From Bradymonadia bacterium (GTDB lineage: Bacteria; Myxococcota_A; Bradymonadia; UBA7976; UBA1532), in assembly GCA_046290225.1 (NCBI GenBank), contig JBKAGE010000081.1, forward strand, positions 45,412 to 109,411: a stretch of DNA of 64,000 nucleotides, given 5' to 3'. The notes under the pieces were generated by a model that saw only the letters and a list, made by a program, of their open reading frames with translations, was not told the DNA's origin and did no database searches. Within the stretch, counting starts at the first letter, position 1; each line of letters begins with the position of its first letter. Shown in pieces: positions 1 to 9,066 of this stretch. A program made the translations under genes and the position numbers.

Positions 1-858
1 ATGGAGCACCTGGGGTCCCGCTTCGGACTCATCGTCTTCGACGAGTGCCACCATCTGCCTGGTGACGCCTACGGCATGGCCTCGAAGCTGTGCATTGCCC
101 CCTATCGCCTGGGCCTCACGGCGACTCCGGAGCGTGGCGACGGTCGCCATGAAGAGCTGGTCGAGCTGATCGGCCCCTTCGTCTACCGCAAACAGATCAA
201 CGAGCTCTCCGGCGACTTCCTCGCGGAGTACACCACTGAGCGCATCCTGGTGGATTTGTCCCCGGAGGAGTGGGCCGAGTACCAGGAGGAGCGGGCCATT
301 TATCGCGATTTCGTGCACCGCAGCGGCATCAGCTTCAAGCGCAAGGGCGGCTGGCAGGAGTTCATCGCCAAGTCTTCCCGGAGCGCCGAGGGCCGCCGGG
401 CGATGCAGGCCTACCGCCGACAGCGGGCCCTGGCCTTCGCGGCCCCTTCAAAGCTTGAGTACGTGGAGATGCTGCTGCACCAGCACCGTCGAGATCGCGC
501 GATTTTGTTCACCCAGGACAACGCCACGGCGTACAGCATCGCCCGGCGATTCCTGGTGCCCGTGATCACGCACCAGACCAAGATCAAAGAGCGCAGCGCC
601 ATCTTGCAGGGCCTCGCTGATGGCACCTTCAACGCCCTGAGCACGTCGAAGGTGCTCAATGAAGGGGTCGATGTGCCTGACGCCAACGTGGCTATCATCA
701 TCTCGGGATCGGGCTCGGTGCGGGAGCACGTGCAGCGCCTGGGCCGAATTTTGCGCAAGAAGGGCGACAAGACCGCCACCCTCTACGAGCTGGTGAGCAA
801 CGACACCGCCGAGGCATACACCAGCGAGCGCCGGAGAGATCACGTTGCTTACCGCTGA
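1..858 (+). CDS. XPB/SSL2(Rad25)-like superfamily 2 helicase, C-terminal part (5' end probably outside the window)
   Basis: Motif II IVFDECHH, motif III LGLTATPER, motif V LNEGVDVPDA, motif VI QRLGRILR. Walker A is absent, so the N-terminus lies upstream. Confidence 0.9.
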   Translation: MEHLGSRFGLIVFDECHHLPGDAYGMASKLCIAPYRLGLTATPERGDGRHEELVELIGPFVYRKQINELSGDFLAEYTTERILVDLSPEEWAEYQEERAIYRDFVHRSGISFKRKGGWQEFIAKSSRSAEGRRAMQAYRRQRALAFAAPSKLEYVEMLLHQHRRDRAILFTQDNATAYSIARRFLVPVITHQTKIKERSAILQGLADGTFNALSTSKVLNEGVDVPDANVAIIISGSGSVREHVQRLGRILRKKGDKTATLYELVSNDTAEAYTSERRRDHVAYR

Positions 859-2071
859 TCTGGTGCGGGTCCGCTGCACCAAAGAGGGGGAGATCCACCT
901 CACCAAGCTGGCGAAGAAGACCCGAGAGCGGGCGCTGGCCATCGCCGAGCACTACATCGACGCCGCCACCCACGGGGTGGGCGATGCCCGAGAGGCCTTC
1001 AACCAGGCCGCAGGGGCGATCAAGCTCTCCCCCCGGGAGTCGAAGCTCGCCGCGGGGTTGCTCAAGCTCGTGACAGATCGCTGTGACTTCAGCATGGGGG
1101 CTGATGTCGATCCACCCACGCTGCGTCTCGAGGTCTTCGCCCTCGCGGCGGCGCGGAGGGCGGCCCTCTCCGAAGGGGACCACTTCGATCGTCAGGCGGT
1201 CCTCGCCGAGGCTGGCGAAAAGCACGGCCTGGAGGCCGGCTTGCTTGAGCACCTGCTCTTCGCTGATCTCAAGCAGGCCCACGTGCTCACGCAGTTTGAT
1301 CCCATCACACCGGAGCGTCTGCTCGAAGAGTACGAGCTGCAGCAAGCTCAGGCGGTGCTGCTCAAGGCGGTGAAGGTCACGGTTTGGGTTCGCTGCGCCG
1401 ACGCTGGGGCGTATCGCACGCTGTTCAACCGCTTGAAGTGGTTGCGCTTGATGTACTCGATCCACCCCGACGGCGAGTCGGGCCGCAAGGGCCCCAAGGG
1501 CTACCGCATCGAGATCGACGGCCCGTTCTCGATGTTCAGCGCCTCGACGAAGTACGGCTTGCAGCTGGCCTTGTCGCTCACGGCCCTCCGCATGTGCGCC
1601 GTCTGGCGACTGAAGGCCGACGTGCGCTGGGGCAAGTACAAGAAGGCGATGACCTTCGAGCTGAGCGGCGAAGGCCCGGGATCTGCGGCGCCTCTGCGTC
1701 TGGCAGACGAGGTGCAGACGCTGATGGAGCGTTTGAACAAGCAGAAGGGCTCCGACTGGCACGCTGCGCCCGCTGCAGAGCTCCTGCACCTGCCCGGGGT
1801 GGGCATCTGCGCCCCTGATCTGGTGGTGACGCATCCCTCGGGGCGCAAGGTCTTCGTCGAGGTGATGGGGTTCTGGAGCCGCGACGCCGTCTGGCGCCGA
1901 GTCGAGCTCGTCGAGGCGGGGCTGCCCGAGCCCATCATCTTCTGTGTGAGCGCCCGGCTGAGGGTGAGCGAGGCGGCCCTCGATGAAGGGTTACCGGGAT
2001 CACTCTACGTCTACAAAGGGGTGGTCAACGCCAAGGCGGTGCTCGAGCGCCTCAACGCCTACCTGACCTGA
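845..2071 (+). CDS. DUF790 family protein (Bax1-like nuclease partner of XPB-type helicases)
   Basis: Starts MLTADL; contains IDGPFSMF..STKYG.QLA and a C-terminal PDL...VFVEVMGFW nuclease-like motif; overlaps the helicase stop by 14 nt. Confidence 0.85.
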   Translation: MLTADLVRVRCTKEGEIHLTKLAKKTRERALAIAEHYIDAATHGVGDAREAFNQAAGAIKLSPRESKLAAGLLKLVTDRCDFSMGADVDPPTLRLEVFALAAARRAALSEGDHFDRQAVLAEAGEKHGLEAGLLEHLLFADLKQAHVLTQFDPITPERLLEEYELQQAQAVLLKAVKVTVWVRCADAGAYRTLFNRLKWLRLMYSIHPDGESGRKGPKGYRIEIDGPFSMFSASTKYGLQLALSLTALRMCAVWRLKADVRWGKYKKAMTFELSGEGPGSAAPLRLADEVQTLMERLNKQKGSDWHAAPAAELLHLPGVGICAPDLVVTHPSGRKVFVEVMGFWSRDAVWRRVELVEAGLPEPIIFCVSARLRVSEAALDEGLPGSLYVYKGVVNAKAVLERLNAYLT

Positions 2072-2164
2072 TCTGTAGTTCTACAGAGTTTGATGTTGTG
2101 CTGCATTCGAAGGTGAGGTTTGATGCGTCACCCCAACGGGGGAGTGACACGATTGGAGATTCCG

Positions 2165-2431
2165 ATGACCCGTATGCACAAGCTCGCCATCCTCGCCCTG
2201 GCCGTCTCGATGTCCACCGCCTGCGCCAAGGCGAGCAAAGAGGACTGCGCCAAGATCATGCCCAAGATCATGAAGTTCGAGATGGACCTCAGCGATGATC
2301 TGATCAAGACCATGATGGAGGGCGAAGAAGGCAAGAAGCTCATCGAGCAGTGCGCCTCTGACGTGCCCAAGTCCGACGGCGAGTGCGTCCTCAAGGCCGC
2401 CGACAAGGCCGCTTACGAGAAGTGTAAGTAA
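2165..2431 (+). CDS. Small Cys-containing lipoprotein
   Basis: GGAG before ATG 2165; hydrophobic signal ending STAC; four further Cys; GC-rich third codon positions. Confidence 0.7.
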   Translation: MTRMHKLAILALAVSMSTACAKASKEDCAKIMPKIMKFEMDLSDDLIKTMMEGEEGKKLIEQCASDVPKSDGECVLKAADKAAYEKCK

Positions 2432-2513
2432 GCTCCGCCGCTACGGCGGCGTCAGCCGCCGTGAGGCTCACGACGACTGCCCCCACCTCCACGGCTCCGC
2501 GCTGCACGTGCAC
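2432..2513 (-). repeat. Structured intergenic repeat, copy A (internally deleted)
   Basis: The reverse complement GTGCACGTG...GGAGGTGGGGGCAGTCGTCGTGAG-C-CTCACGGCGGCTGACGCCGCCGTAGCGGCGGAGC matches both flanks of copies B-D without the 97-nt core. Begins directly after the TAA ending at 2431. Confidence 0.85.
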
Positions 2514-2713
2514 GACATTTCTCTGACTTATATGGCTGGAGCGTTGGGACCATTGTGTGTCTGACGATGGTCGACAGCCGATTTGTGTGAAGGTATGTGG
2601 AGCTCAGGGTGCCTGTCATGACTGCCATGGCTCTGTAACTTCACGCATGGTGGGTTGGCGGTAGGTCGAATCCCGGTGGGGTTCAGCAACGAGATACAGA
2701 AGAAGCTCTTTAC

Positions 2714-2878
2714 GCAGGGGAGCGAGCGAATAAGGCGAAGCCTTGAGCGACCCTGCCTACCCGGGAAGGTGCCTGCGTCAGCAGGTGCCTGAACGTGTAC
2801 GCGCCAGACGAGGTTGCCCGAAGGGCGACCGAAGGCCCGGCGCCTACGCAGGCAGAGCGCAGCGATGACTGCCTACAC
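2714..2878 (+). other. Multi-hairpin structured element (second repeat family or ncRNA)
   Basis: GCAGGG/CCCTGC encloses AAGGC-GAA-GCCTT; CCGGG/CCCGG encloses GTGCCTGC-GTCA-GCAGGTGC and GGTTGCCC-GAA-GGGCGACC; a further AGGCAG/CTGCCT stem follows. Confidence 0.55.
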
Positions 2879-2908
2879 AGGCTCAGCGTCAGCATGTGGC
2901 GTGCCTTG

Positions 2909-4984
2909 TTAGAAGGCCCCCGTACGCTGGTAGAGCCGGACCGGTCCGGCCGGCGTCTTCACCAGCTTGCCTCCGAGCAGCTTCTCTGCCGCGCGGTGCC
3001 CGACCCACGAAGTGCCCACAAAGTGCCCTTCATGACGACCTGTGAGCACCACGACGTCATCCGGGGTCACCTCGCCCAGCACACAGGGCGTCTTCGAACA
3101 CGAGGCCACCACGTGCTGAAGTGAGCCCGCCTGCTTGCCCCAGAGTACGTGTGTCGGCCCGATGCCTGTTGTGCCGGCACGAGGCAAAGCCCACAGTTGC
3201 CCATCTGCGCCCGCCTTGAGCACGAAGGGCGCTCGAGTACGGCCCTTCTCCGCTGAGCAGGCGCCGCCGTCTTCGGTCACTCGCCAGGGGTACTCCCGAT
3301 CGTCCGCCAGGGCTTGCACGTCGGCGACAGGCACCTCACAGGCCAGCACATTGAGCCAGTCCGCCAGATCTGTACCCTGAGCGCCTTCGTCCGCAGGCCG
3401 ATCATTGCCGAAGACGTCGACGAAGATCGCCATGTGGCCCGCCTCGCCGATCTCGATCAGGTCGAAGGGCTCGTCTCCGCTGAACGGATCGAGTGCATCC
3501 CACATGATGCCGGCGATGATCTCCTCGCGGTGGTCGCCCGAGACTGTGCCCGTCGTCGTGTCGAAGAAGGTGTCCTCTGCCACGCCCTGTTGAGTGACCG
3601 CCTCGAGATCGATGTGGCGGGTAGATCCCAAGAAGGTGTCGATGCTGTCGGGCACCCCACGGACCATCGCCGCGAAGAAGTAGGCCAGGCCCTCGCCATA
3701 GGCCAGCGTCGGCGTCACCTGTCGGTTGCGGTGAGGCCCACCTGGGGAGTCGTCATGGCTGAAGTGGGCCACGAAGTAATGGCCGAACTCGTGCAGGATG
3801 ATGTCGTCGTCGTACTCGTCCGGATCTTCCAGCTGGCCGCCGAGGCTCACCACGTTGCGCGAATAACACGAGCCACAACCAAATGCCTGACCACGCTGCC
3901 AGTTGAAGGTCAGCGTCGGGGAAGGGGCGTCGACATAGGGCGTGATGAATTCGAAGGCCCGCCAGACCACATCAGCGATGTTCAGGGCGCCGGCGATTGA
4001 TTCATCCACAGGGGCCAGGAGCTGCAAGCCCTCCGCGAAGGTCTCAGGCTGAGCTTGCTGAGTAGACAATGCGTAGATCGCCTGGGCGTTCGTGCGATCG
4101 CGGACCACCACCTCGAATCCTTCATAGCGGCTCACCGCCAGGACCTGTACCCAGTGCTTTGCTGCCATCTGGACCGAGCCGGACAATGAGAAAGCCCCTG
4201 ACTCATCTGTGAGGGTCTCCAGGGCCACGACACCATCGATGGAGCGGACCAGCTGCACCACCATGCCTCGGGCTGGAGCCGGCACGGGGTCGAGCAGTCC
4301 GCTGGGATCAAAGGGGCGGTCCTCATATTGAACCGTGCCGTCGATCTGGAGCGGCTCAGCATCTGCGAGGGCGAAGAGCGGCGCCGAGAGGGTGTAGGGG
4401 CCCTCGGCGTCTCGGTATCCATAGATGTGCAGGTGGAACACTCGGGGCGCATCGACGGCTGAGAGCGTGAAGCGTTCGAGATCGGTGGCCGACTCTGAGA
4501 CCGCCACTGGATTGTCGAAGTCGCCATCGGCGTAGAGCGCCGCGTCGAGATCACCCACATCGTGGCTGAACCCAATGAGCAGCGCACCCTCGACCCCTGG
4601 GGGCAGGGTGAAGGTGTACCAGTCCTCGTCATCAGCGCAGATCTGGCCGTCGCGATCAGCTTCCAGGCCGAACACTGTCGCCGAGCCTGCCCGGTCATTG
4701 CCGTCCGGATCGCAGGGGTCGACCATGGCGTCGATGCCGCCGTCTTCGAGCACGGCATCGGGCGTCTCGGCGTCTGGCTGCGCCATGTCGACAGGCTCGG
4801 CATCGGGCGCCTCTGCGTCAGGTGTATCTGCATCGGCAAGGTCGGCATCGACCGCTTCAGCATCGACGAGGGTCATCGCGCCATCGGCTGCTGCATCAGG
4901 ATCGGTCTGATCGACAGAGGTGTCAGAGGACTCACACGCGCCGAGGCAGACCATCAAGGCAAGGAGGGGCCAACGAGACATCAT
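2909..4984 (-). CDS. Lipoprotein with PPC-like domain and zinc metallopeptidase (HEXXH) domain
   Basis: ATG overlaps the holB TGA (TGATG); lipobox LGAC; acidic linker; DEDWYTF...GDLDAALY PPC-like segment; IILHEFGHY followed by YGEG. Confidence 0.7.
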   Translation of the reverse strand: MMSRWPLLALMVCLGACESSDTSVDQTDPDAAADGAMTLVDAEAVDADLADADTPDAEAPDAEPVDMAQPDAETPDAVLEDGGIDAMVDPCDPDGNDRAGSATVFGLEADRDGQICADDEDWYTFTLPPGVEGALLIGFSHDVGDLDAALYADGDFDNPVAVSESATDLERFTLSAVDAPRVFHLHIYGYRDAEGPYTLSAPLFALADAEPLQIDGTVQYEDRPFDPSGLLDPVPAPARGMVVQLVRSIDGVVALETLTDESGAFSLSGSVQMAAKHWVQVLAVSRYEGFEVVVRDRTNAQAIYALSTQQAQPETFAEGLQLLAPVDESIAGALNIADVVWRAFEFITPYVDAPSPTLTFNWQRGQAFGCGSCYSRNVVSLGGQLEDPDEYDDDIILHEFGHYFVAHFSHDDSPGGPHRNRQVTPTLAYGEGLAYFFAAMVRGVPDSIDTFLGSTRHIDLEAVTQQGVAEDTFFDTTTGTVSGDHREEIIAGIMWDALDPFSGDEPFDLIEIGEAGHMAIFVDVFGNDRPADEGAQGTDLADWLNVLACEVPVADVQALADDREYPWRVTEDGGACSAEKGRTRAPFVLKAGADGQLWALPRAGTTGIGPTHVLWGKQAGSLQHVVASCSKTPCVLGEVTPDDVVVLTGRHEGHFVGTSWVGHRAAEKLLGGKLVKTPAGPVRLYQRTGAF

Positions 4985-6057
4985 CACTCCACTGCAGAGG
5001 CCAGCCGGGCCGCTTGAGCGGAGCGCTGGGCAGGCTTGCTGCTTCGGTGGGACATGGCGAGCTTGAGGCACATGGTCTCGAGCACCATGCGGGCGTTGGC
5101 GGAGCGATAGGCGATGGCCTGCTCAGCATCGCTCACCCACGCCAGACGCTCGAGGACCTGAGGACCCGTCAAGCCCTCGGCGCGTTGCTGTAGCCGCTCG
5201 AGCAGGTCTCGATGTACGAGGTTTTCGGCTGGCATACCGGTCTGTACCAGCAAGACGTCGCGGAACCACGACCGCATGACCTGGAATACGAGGGGCAGGT
5301 CGGGCTTCCGCCGAGCGAGGCTCTCGGCGAGGTCGATGAGGATGGGCACCTTGTGAATGCCTTCGGGATCGTCGATGCCCTCGATGAGGCTCAGCCGCTC
5401 CGCGAGCACGGGGCTCTCGGCGATCTCGAGCCCTCTGCCGATGGAGCCCTCGGCGAGACCGGCGAGCAAATCAGCCATCTCGGGCTCAAGGCCGGCCTTC
5501 TCGGCAAGGTGCCGCGCCACCACATTGCGAGGCAACGGCCCAAAGCGCACGCGCTGGCAACGGGACAGAATTGTGGGCAGCAGCAGGTGAGGGGCGGCGC
5601 TCACTAGGATGAAGTGGGTGTTGGGCCCTGGCTCTTCGAGGGTCTTCAACAGCGCGTTCGCTGTCGCCGGGTTCATGGCGTGGGCGTCGAGCAGGATCAC
5701 CACCCGCCGGTGGGCTTCATAGGCCTTGTAGCTCAAGGCCTGTTGCAGGGTCCTGATCTGGTCGATTTTGATCTGCTGCTCGGGGCTGCCGTCTTTCTTA
5801 CGGCCTCGCTGAACGATGTGCAGATCTGGATGCTGGCGCTGTTTGGTCCTCAGGCATGTGTTGCACTGCCCACATGCGTCCCCCATCTCCAGGGGGGTCT
5901 CGCACAGCAGCGCTTCGGCGAGGGCCTGGGCGGTCAACGCCTTTCCGACCCCGTCAGGGCCCGCAAAGAGGTAAGCGTGGTGGAGTCGGCCCCCATTGAG
6001 GGCTCTGCGCAGCGCCTCGATGGGGGCGCTCTGACTTTCGATGGTGCTCAACGACAT
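4984..6057 (-). CDS. holB: DNA polymerase III subunit delta'
   Basis: HAYLFAGPDGVGK, zinc module CGQCNTC, HPDLH, IKIDQIR, ANALLKTLEEP, LLPTILSRCQ. Confidence 0.95.
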   Translation of the reverse strand: MSLSTIESQSAPIEALRRALNGGRLHHAYLFAGPDGVGKALTAQALAEALLCETPLEMGDACGQCNTCLRTKQRQHPDLHIVQRGRKKDGSPEQQIKIDQIRTLQQALSYKAYEAHRRVVILLDAHAMNPATANALLKTLEEPGPNTHFILVSAAPHLLLPTILSRCQRVRFGPLPRNVVARHLAEKAGLEPEMADLLAGLAEGSIGRGLEIAESPVLAERLSLIEGIDDPEGIHKVPILIDLAESLARRKPDLPLVFQVMRSWFRDVLLVQTGMPAENLVHRDLLERLQQRAEGLTGPQVLERLAWVSDAEQAIAYRSANARMVLETMCLKLAMSHRSSKPAQRSAQAARLASAVE

Positions 6058-6070
6058 AAGGAAGACTTCA

Positions 6071-6100
6071 GGGCAAGGGCAAGGGCAAGGGCAAGGGCAA
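6071..6100 (+). repeat. Tandem hexamer (GGGCAA)x5
   Basis: Five perfect copies read directly, 13 nt upstream of the holB start. Confidence 0.95.
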
Positions 6101-6285
6101 GAGTCGCACGGCCCGATCTTTTATGTCGGAGCATACGGTACGACGACCGCTGAGGGGAGAAGATGTCTGCGCTGTCACGGTTCAGAAGCAAGGAGCACAA
6201 ACAGGTGCTGCGAGGGCCAAGGGGTTGGCAACAACCCTCGTAAATCGCACGAGCCTTGGCAAAGAACAGAAGCGTCAAAGCGCCC

Positions 6286-6571
6286 CACAAAGCCATAACC
6301 CACCTATGCACGTGCCCCCGCGGAGGCGCGGAGACGGTGGCAGTCAGAAGCTCCAAAGAGCCCCAGAAAGTCTCACAAAGCTATAGCCCAGGTGTGTACG
6401 TGCCCTGCGGAGGCGCGGAGGTGGCGACAGTCGTTGTGAGGTCGGTGAGTTCTCGTTCAGATGCGGGATTTCACCCGCAGGCGCAGCAGCGCTGCGCCGA
6501 GGACGGAAAGGTCGTAGCTGGGCGGGAAATCGCCGGCGTCACGGCGGCTGGCGCCGCCGCAGCGCCGGAGC
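6286..6571 (+). repeat. Structured intergenic repeat, copy B (duplicated 5' module)
   Basis: The CACAAAGC.ATA.CCCA...G.ACGTGCCC..CGGAGGCGCGGAG module occurs twice, followed by a long imperfect inverted repeat ending AGCGCCGGAGC, 2 nt from the stop of the FadL-type gene. Confidence 0.9.
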
Positions 6572-6573
6572 AA

Positions 6574-8049
6574 TCAGAAAATGTATTCCATGTTGAGGTT
6601 CAACACGCCCACAGCCTGGTTGTACTCACCCGCGGAGTCGGGATTACGGCGGGTGGTGGAGCCGGCGAAGGGCGTACCGGACACATCGCTCTGACCGTCG
6701 CCATTGGGGCGGGGGTCGATGTCGCGGGTGAAGTAGTAGAGCTGGGTGTAGGTTGCCGCCAGGACGAGATCGGCCTGCTTGGTCTCCTCGTTCTTGTTCA
6801 ACATGAAGCGGGCGCCGAGGGAGCCGCTGATCTTGTTGGCGTCGAAGAGGGCGGGCTCCACCGTGGAGTCGGGGGCTGCGGTGCTGTCGAAGCCCGCGCC
6901 GACGTAGATCTCGGTGGTGTCGTCGAGGAACCGGGAGTAGCCACCGCGTACGCCGAAGCCGTCGTCCCAGTCACGGGGCAGCTCGGCGAGGTTGCAGTTG
7001 TCGGAGTTGCCGTTGGTGTTGAAGATGCACTGACGGTCGAAGACGCTCCAGCGGGCGTAATCACCGAAGAGGCGGTACTCGTTCATGCCATCGCGCAGGC
7101 GCCAGCCGAGGCGGAAGACGTCGGGGTAGCTCTGCTCGAGAGTGGCGTCCTCTTCCTGGGTGGGACCGCCAGCGAGGTATTTGCGGGACTTACCCTCGAC
7201 GCTGTTCTGACCAAAGCCCGGCTGGCTCTGGTACGAGAAGCCGAGGAAGTGACCACCGCCGGGCTCCCAAATGACACCGAGGCCCAAGGCGAGCTCCCAG
7301 CTCGACAGATCGACGTCAGCGCGACCCTCGAGGCGCTCGTCGGTGATGTCACCGTTGGCACCAATGGTACGGGTCACGAGGTGATCTTCACCGGAGCCCA
7401 GTCGAGCGCGAACCGTCTTGACCTCGTTCTTCACCAGGTTGACGCCCACGCCGAAGGACAGGCCGTAGTCGGGCAGGCGGTAGGCCGCTGCGCCGGTGAA
7501 GTAGAGGGAGCGGATGGTGCCTTCGATGGTCCACCAGCGCTGCGAGCCGTCTTGCAGGCCGGGAAAACCGTCGTAGGGAGCGCCAGGGGTGAAGTCGGAC
7601 TTGTCGTAGACCGACTGGCCGCCGAAGGGGGCGTAGAAGCTCAGGCCGGCGCCGAAGTTCTTGATGCCGAAATCGGAAGCCACGCCGATGAAGGGGGCGC
7701 CGAGCACGTTGAAGAGGCTCGCCTCACCGGAGTTGGCGCCCACCAGCTCCGGCGGGGTGCCGTTGACAGTGCCCTGAGGCTCGTCACCGGTGAACACGTA
7801 ATCGATGGCCTCGGCGGGGCGGTCGTACGTAAAGCTGCGCCACGCGAGGCTGCCGTCGATGTACAGGCGGAAGCCACCCTGCTTCAGCGCGAGGCCCGCG
7901 GGGTTGTAGTACATCGCCGTGGGATTGTCGGTGGTGGGGTGACCGTGCTCTCCGCCAAAGCGCGCGACCAGAATACCGCTGGCCAGGGCGTCAGCGCTCG
8001 CCAGTGCGCCAGTGAGCGACAAGGCGGCGATCAGTTTTCTACGGTTCAC
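6574..8049 (-). CDS. FadL/OmpP1/TodX family outer-membrane hydrophobic-compound transporter
   Basis: Signal peptide; DNPTAMYYNPAGL hatch motif; amphipathic beta strands; W.DGFGVRGG and C-terminal YIF. Confidence 0.85.
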   Translation of the reverse strand: MNRRKLIAALSLTGALASADALASGILVARFGGEHGHPTTDNPTAMYYNPAGLALKQGGFRLYIDGSLAWRSFTYDRPAEAIDYVFTGDEPQGTVNGTPPELVGANSGEASLFNVLGAPFIGVASDFGIKNFGAGLSFYAPFGGQSVYDKSDFTPGAPYDGFPGLQDGSQRWWTIEGTIRSLYFTGAAAYRLPDYGLSFGVGVNLVKNEVKTVRARLGSGEDHLVTRTIGANGDITDERLEGRADVDLSSWELALGLGVIWEPGGGHFLGFSYQSQPGFGQNSVEGKSRKYLAGGPTQEEDATLEQSYPDVFRLGWRLRDGMNEYRLFGDYARWSVFDRQCIFNTNGNSDNCNLAELPRDWDDGFGVRGGYSRFLDDTTEIYVGAGFDSTAAPDSTVEPALFDANKISGSLGARFMLNKNEETKQADLVLAATYTQLYYFTRDIDPRPNGDGQSDVSGTPFAGSTTRRNPDSAGEYNQAVGVLNLNMEYIF

Positions 8050-8170
8050 TTCACACCCTCCAGGATCTTTGGTGCGTCAAACGACAAAGTCCGAATTGAC
8101 AAGACGCTGACAAGCGTCGCAGACTCAGCCGGTAAATCAACAGATAATTGTTGCTTGAAAGGCCCGTACC

Positions 8171-8866
8171 ATGCGGCGATCCCCCCTGTCAAAGCTTTCA
8201 CTTGCCACGGTGAGTCTGTCCGTTGCGGCCATGTGCGGCTTGCACGGTTGCCCTGATTCAGCAGGTGTATATGACGACTTCGAGGGCAAGGCTGAGCAGT
8301 ACGAGCCCGTGGTGCTCGCCGACGCCGACATCCCCGACATGGCCCTCGCCGGGTGCACGGTCGATCCCTCTGTCTGCGAGATCGACGGCGACTATCTGCT
8401 GACCCTCGCGACCCAGATTGACCCGGGCCGCCCGGTGCAGTTCCGCGTGACCGCCACCTACGACGGCGACAGCCGCATGCTCGACTGGACGCTGATCCCA
8501 TTGCGCCAGAAGTGTGATGACGGGGCTGACTGTGCTGCTGACGATCCGCGGCGCCTCGAAGATCTGCCCGATGGAGCCATCAACCCCGATCCGGTCCTCG
8601 TCGGCGAAGACGGCAGCTTCTCCATTGATTTCGGTCAGGCCACCGTGCCCGGCGACGGCAACGCCATCAGCGGCTCGCCCATCGTCGCCACGTTGATCCT
8701 CAACGGCCGCATCAACGACGATCGCAGCATGTGCGGCAACTTCGAAGGTGCTCTCATCGAGCCCTTCCCCTTCGATCTCGTGAACGAGATGAACAACTTC
8801 GGCACCACCTTCCTCGACGAAGGTGTGCGTGCTGGCGAGGTCATCGCCAACGATCGCTGCCCCTGA
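8171..8866 (+). CDS. Hypothetical beta-rich lipoprotein
   Basis: Lipobox LHGC; typical codon bias; divergent from the FadL-type gene. Confidence 0.7.
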   Translation: MRRSPLSKLSLATVSLSVAAMCGLHGCPDSAGVYDDFEGKAEQYEPVVLADADIPDMALAGCTVDPSVCEIDGDYLLTLATQIDPGRPVQFRVTATYDGDSRMLDWTLIPLRQKCDDGADCAADDPRRLEDLPDGAINPDPVLVGEDGSFSIDFGQATVPGDGNAISGSPIVATLILNGRINDDRSMCGNFEGALIEPFPFDLVNEMNNFGTTFLDEGVRAGEVIANDRCP

Positions 8867-9066
8867 TGGAGAGTTGATCTCAGCCTTCGAGATCTGCCTC
8901 GAATTTCTCGCCTCACCCGGCGTTCTTTCCCTGCGCCACCTTTCCCTGAGCCATTGCCTACGTTGACCTGACTGCCCTGCCGGGTGAAAACAGGTGCGTG
9001 AACATGACTGCGTGACGACCGCCGCACGAGCGCTGGCGACATCGTCGTCAACTCGAGAGGAGCATC

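Noticed and set aside
2640..2690. tRNA-like GGTCGAATCCC
   Set aside because: No T-stem pairing, acceptor stem or cloverleaf could be built.
6286..6571. Repeat as a canonical integron attC site, CRISPR repeat or intrinsic terminator
   Set aside because: No RYYYAAC/GTTRRRY cores or integrase, no regular repeat-spacer array, no U tract, and wobble pairs favour the non-mRNA strand.
6256..8256. 666-aa + strand ORF
   Set aside because: Antisense to the FadL-type gene and runs through the intergenic repeat.
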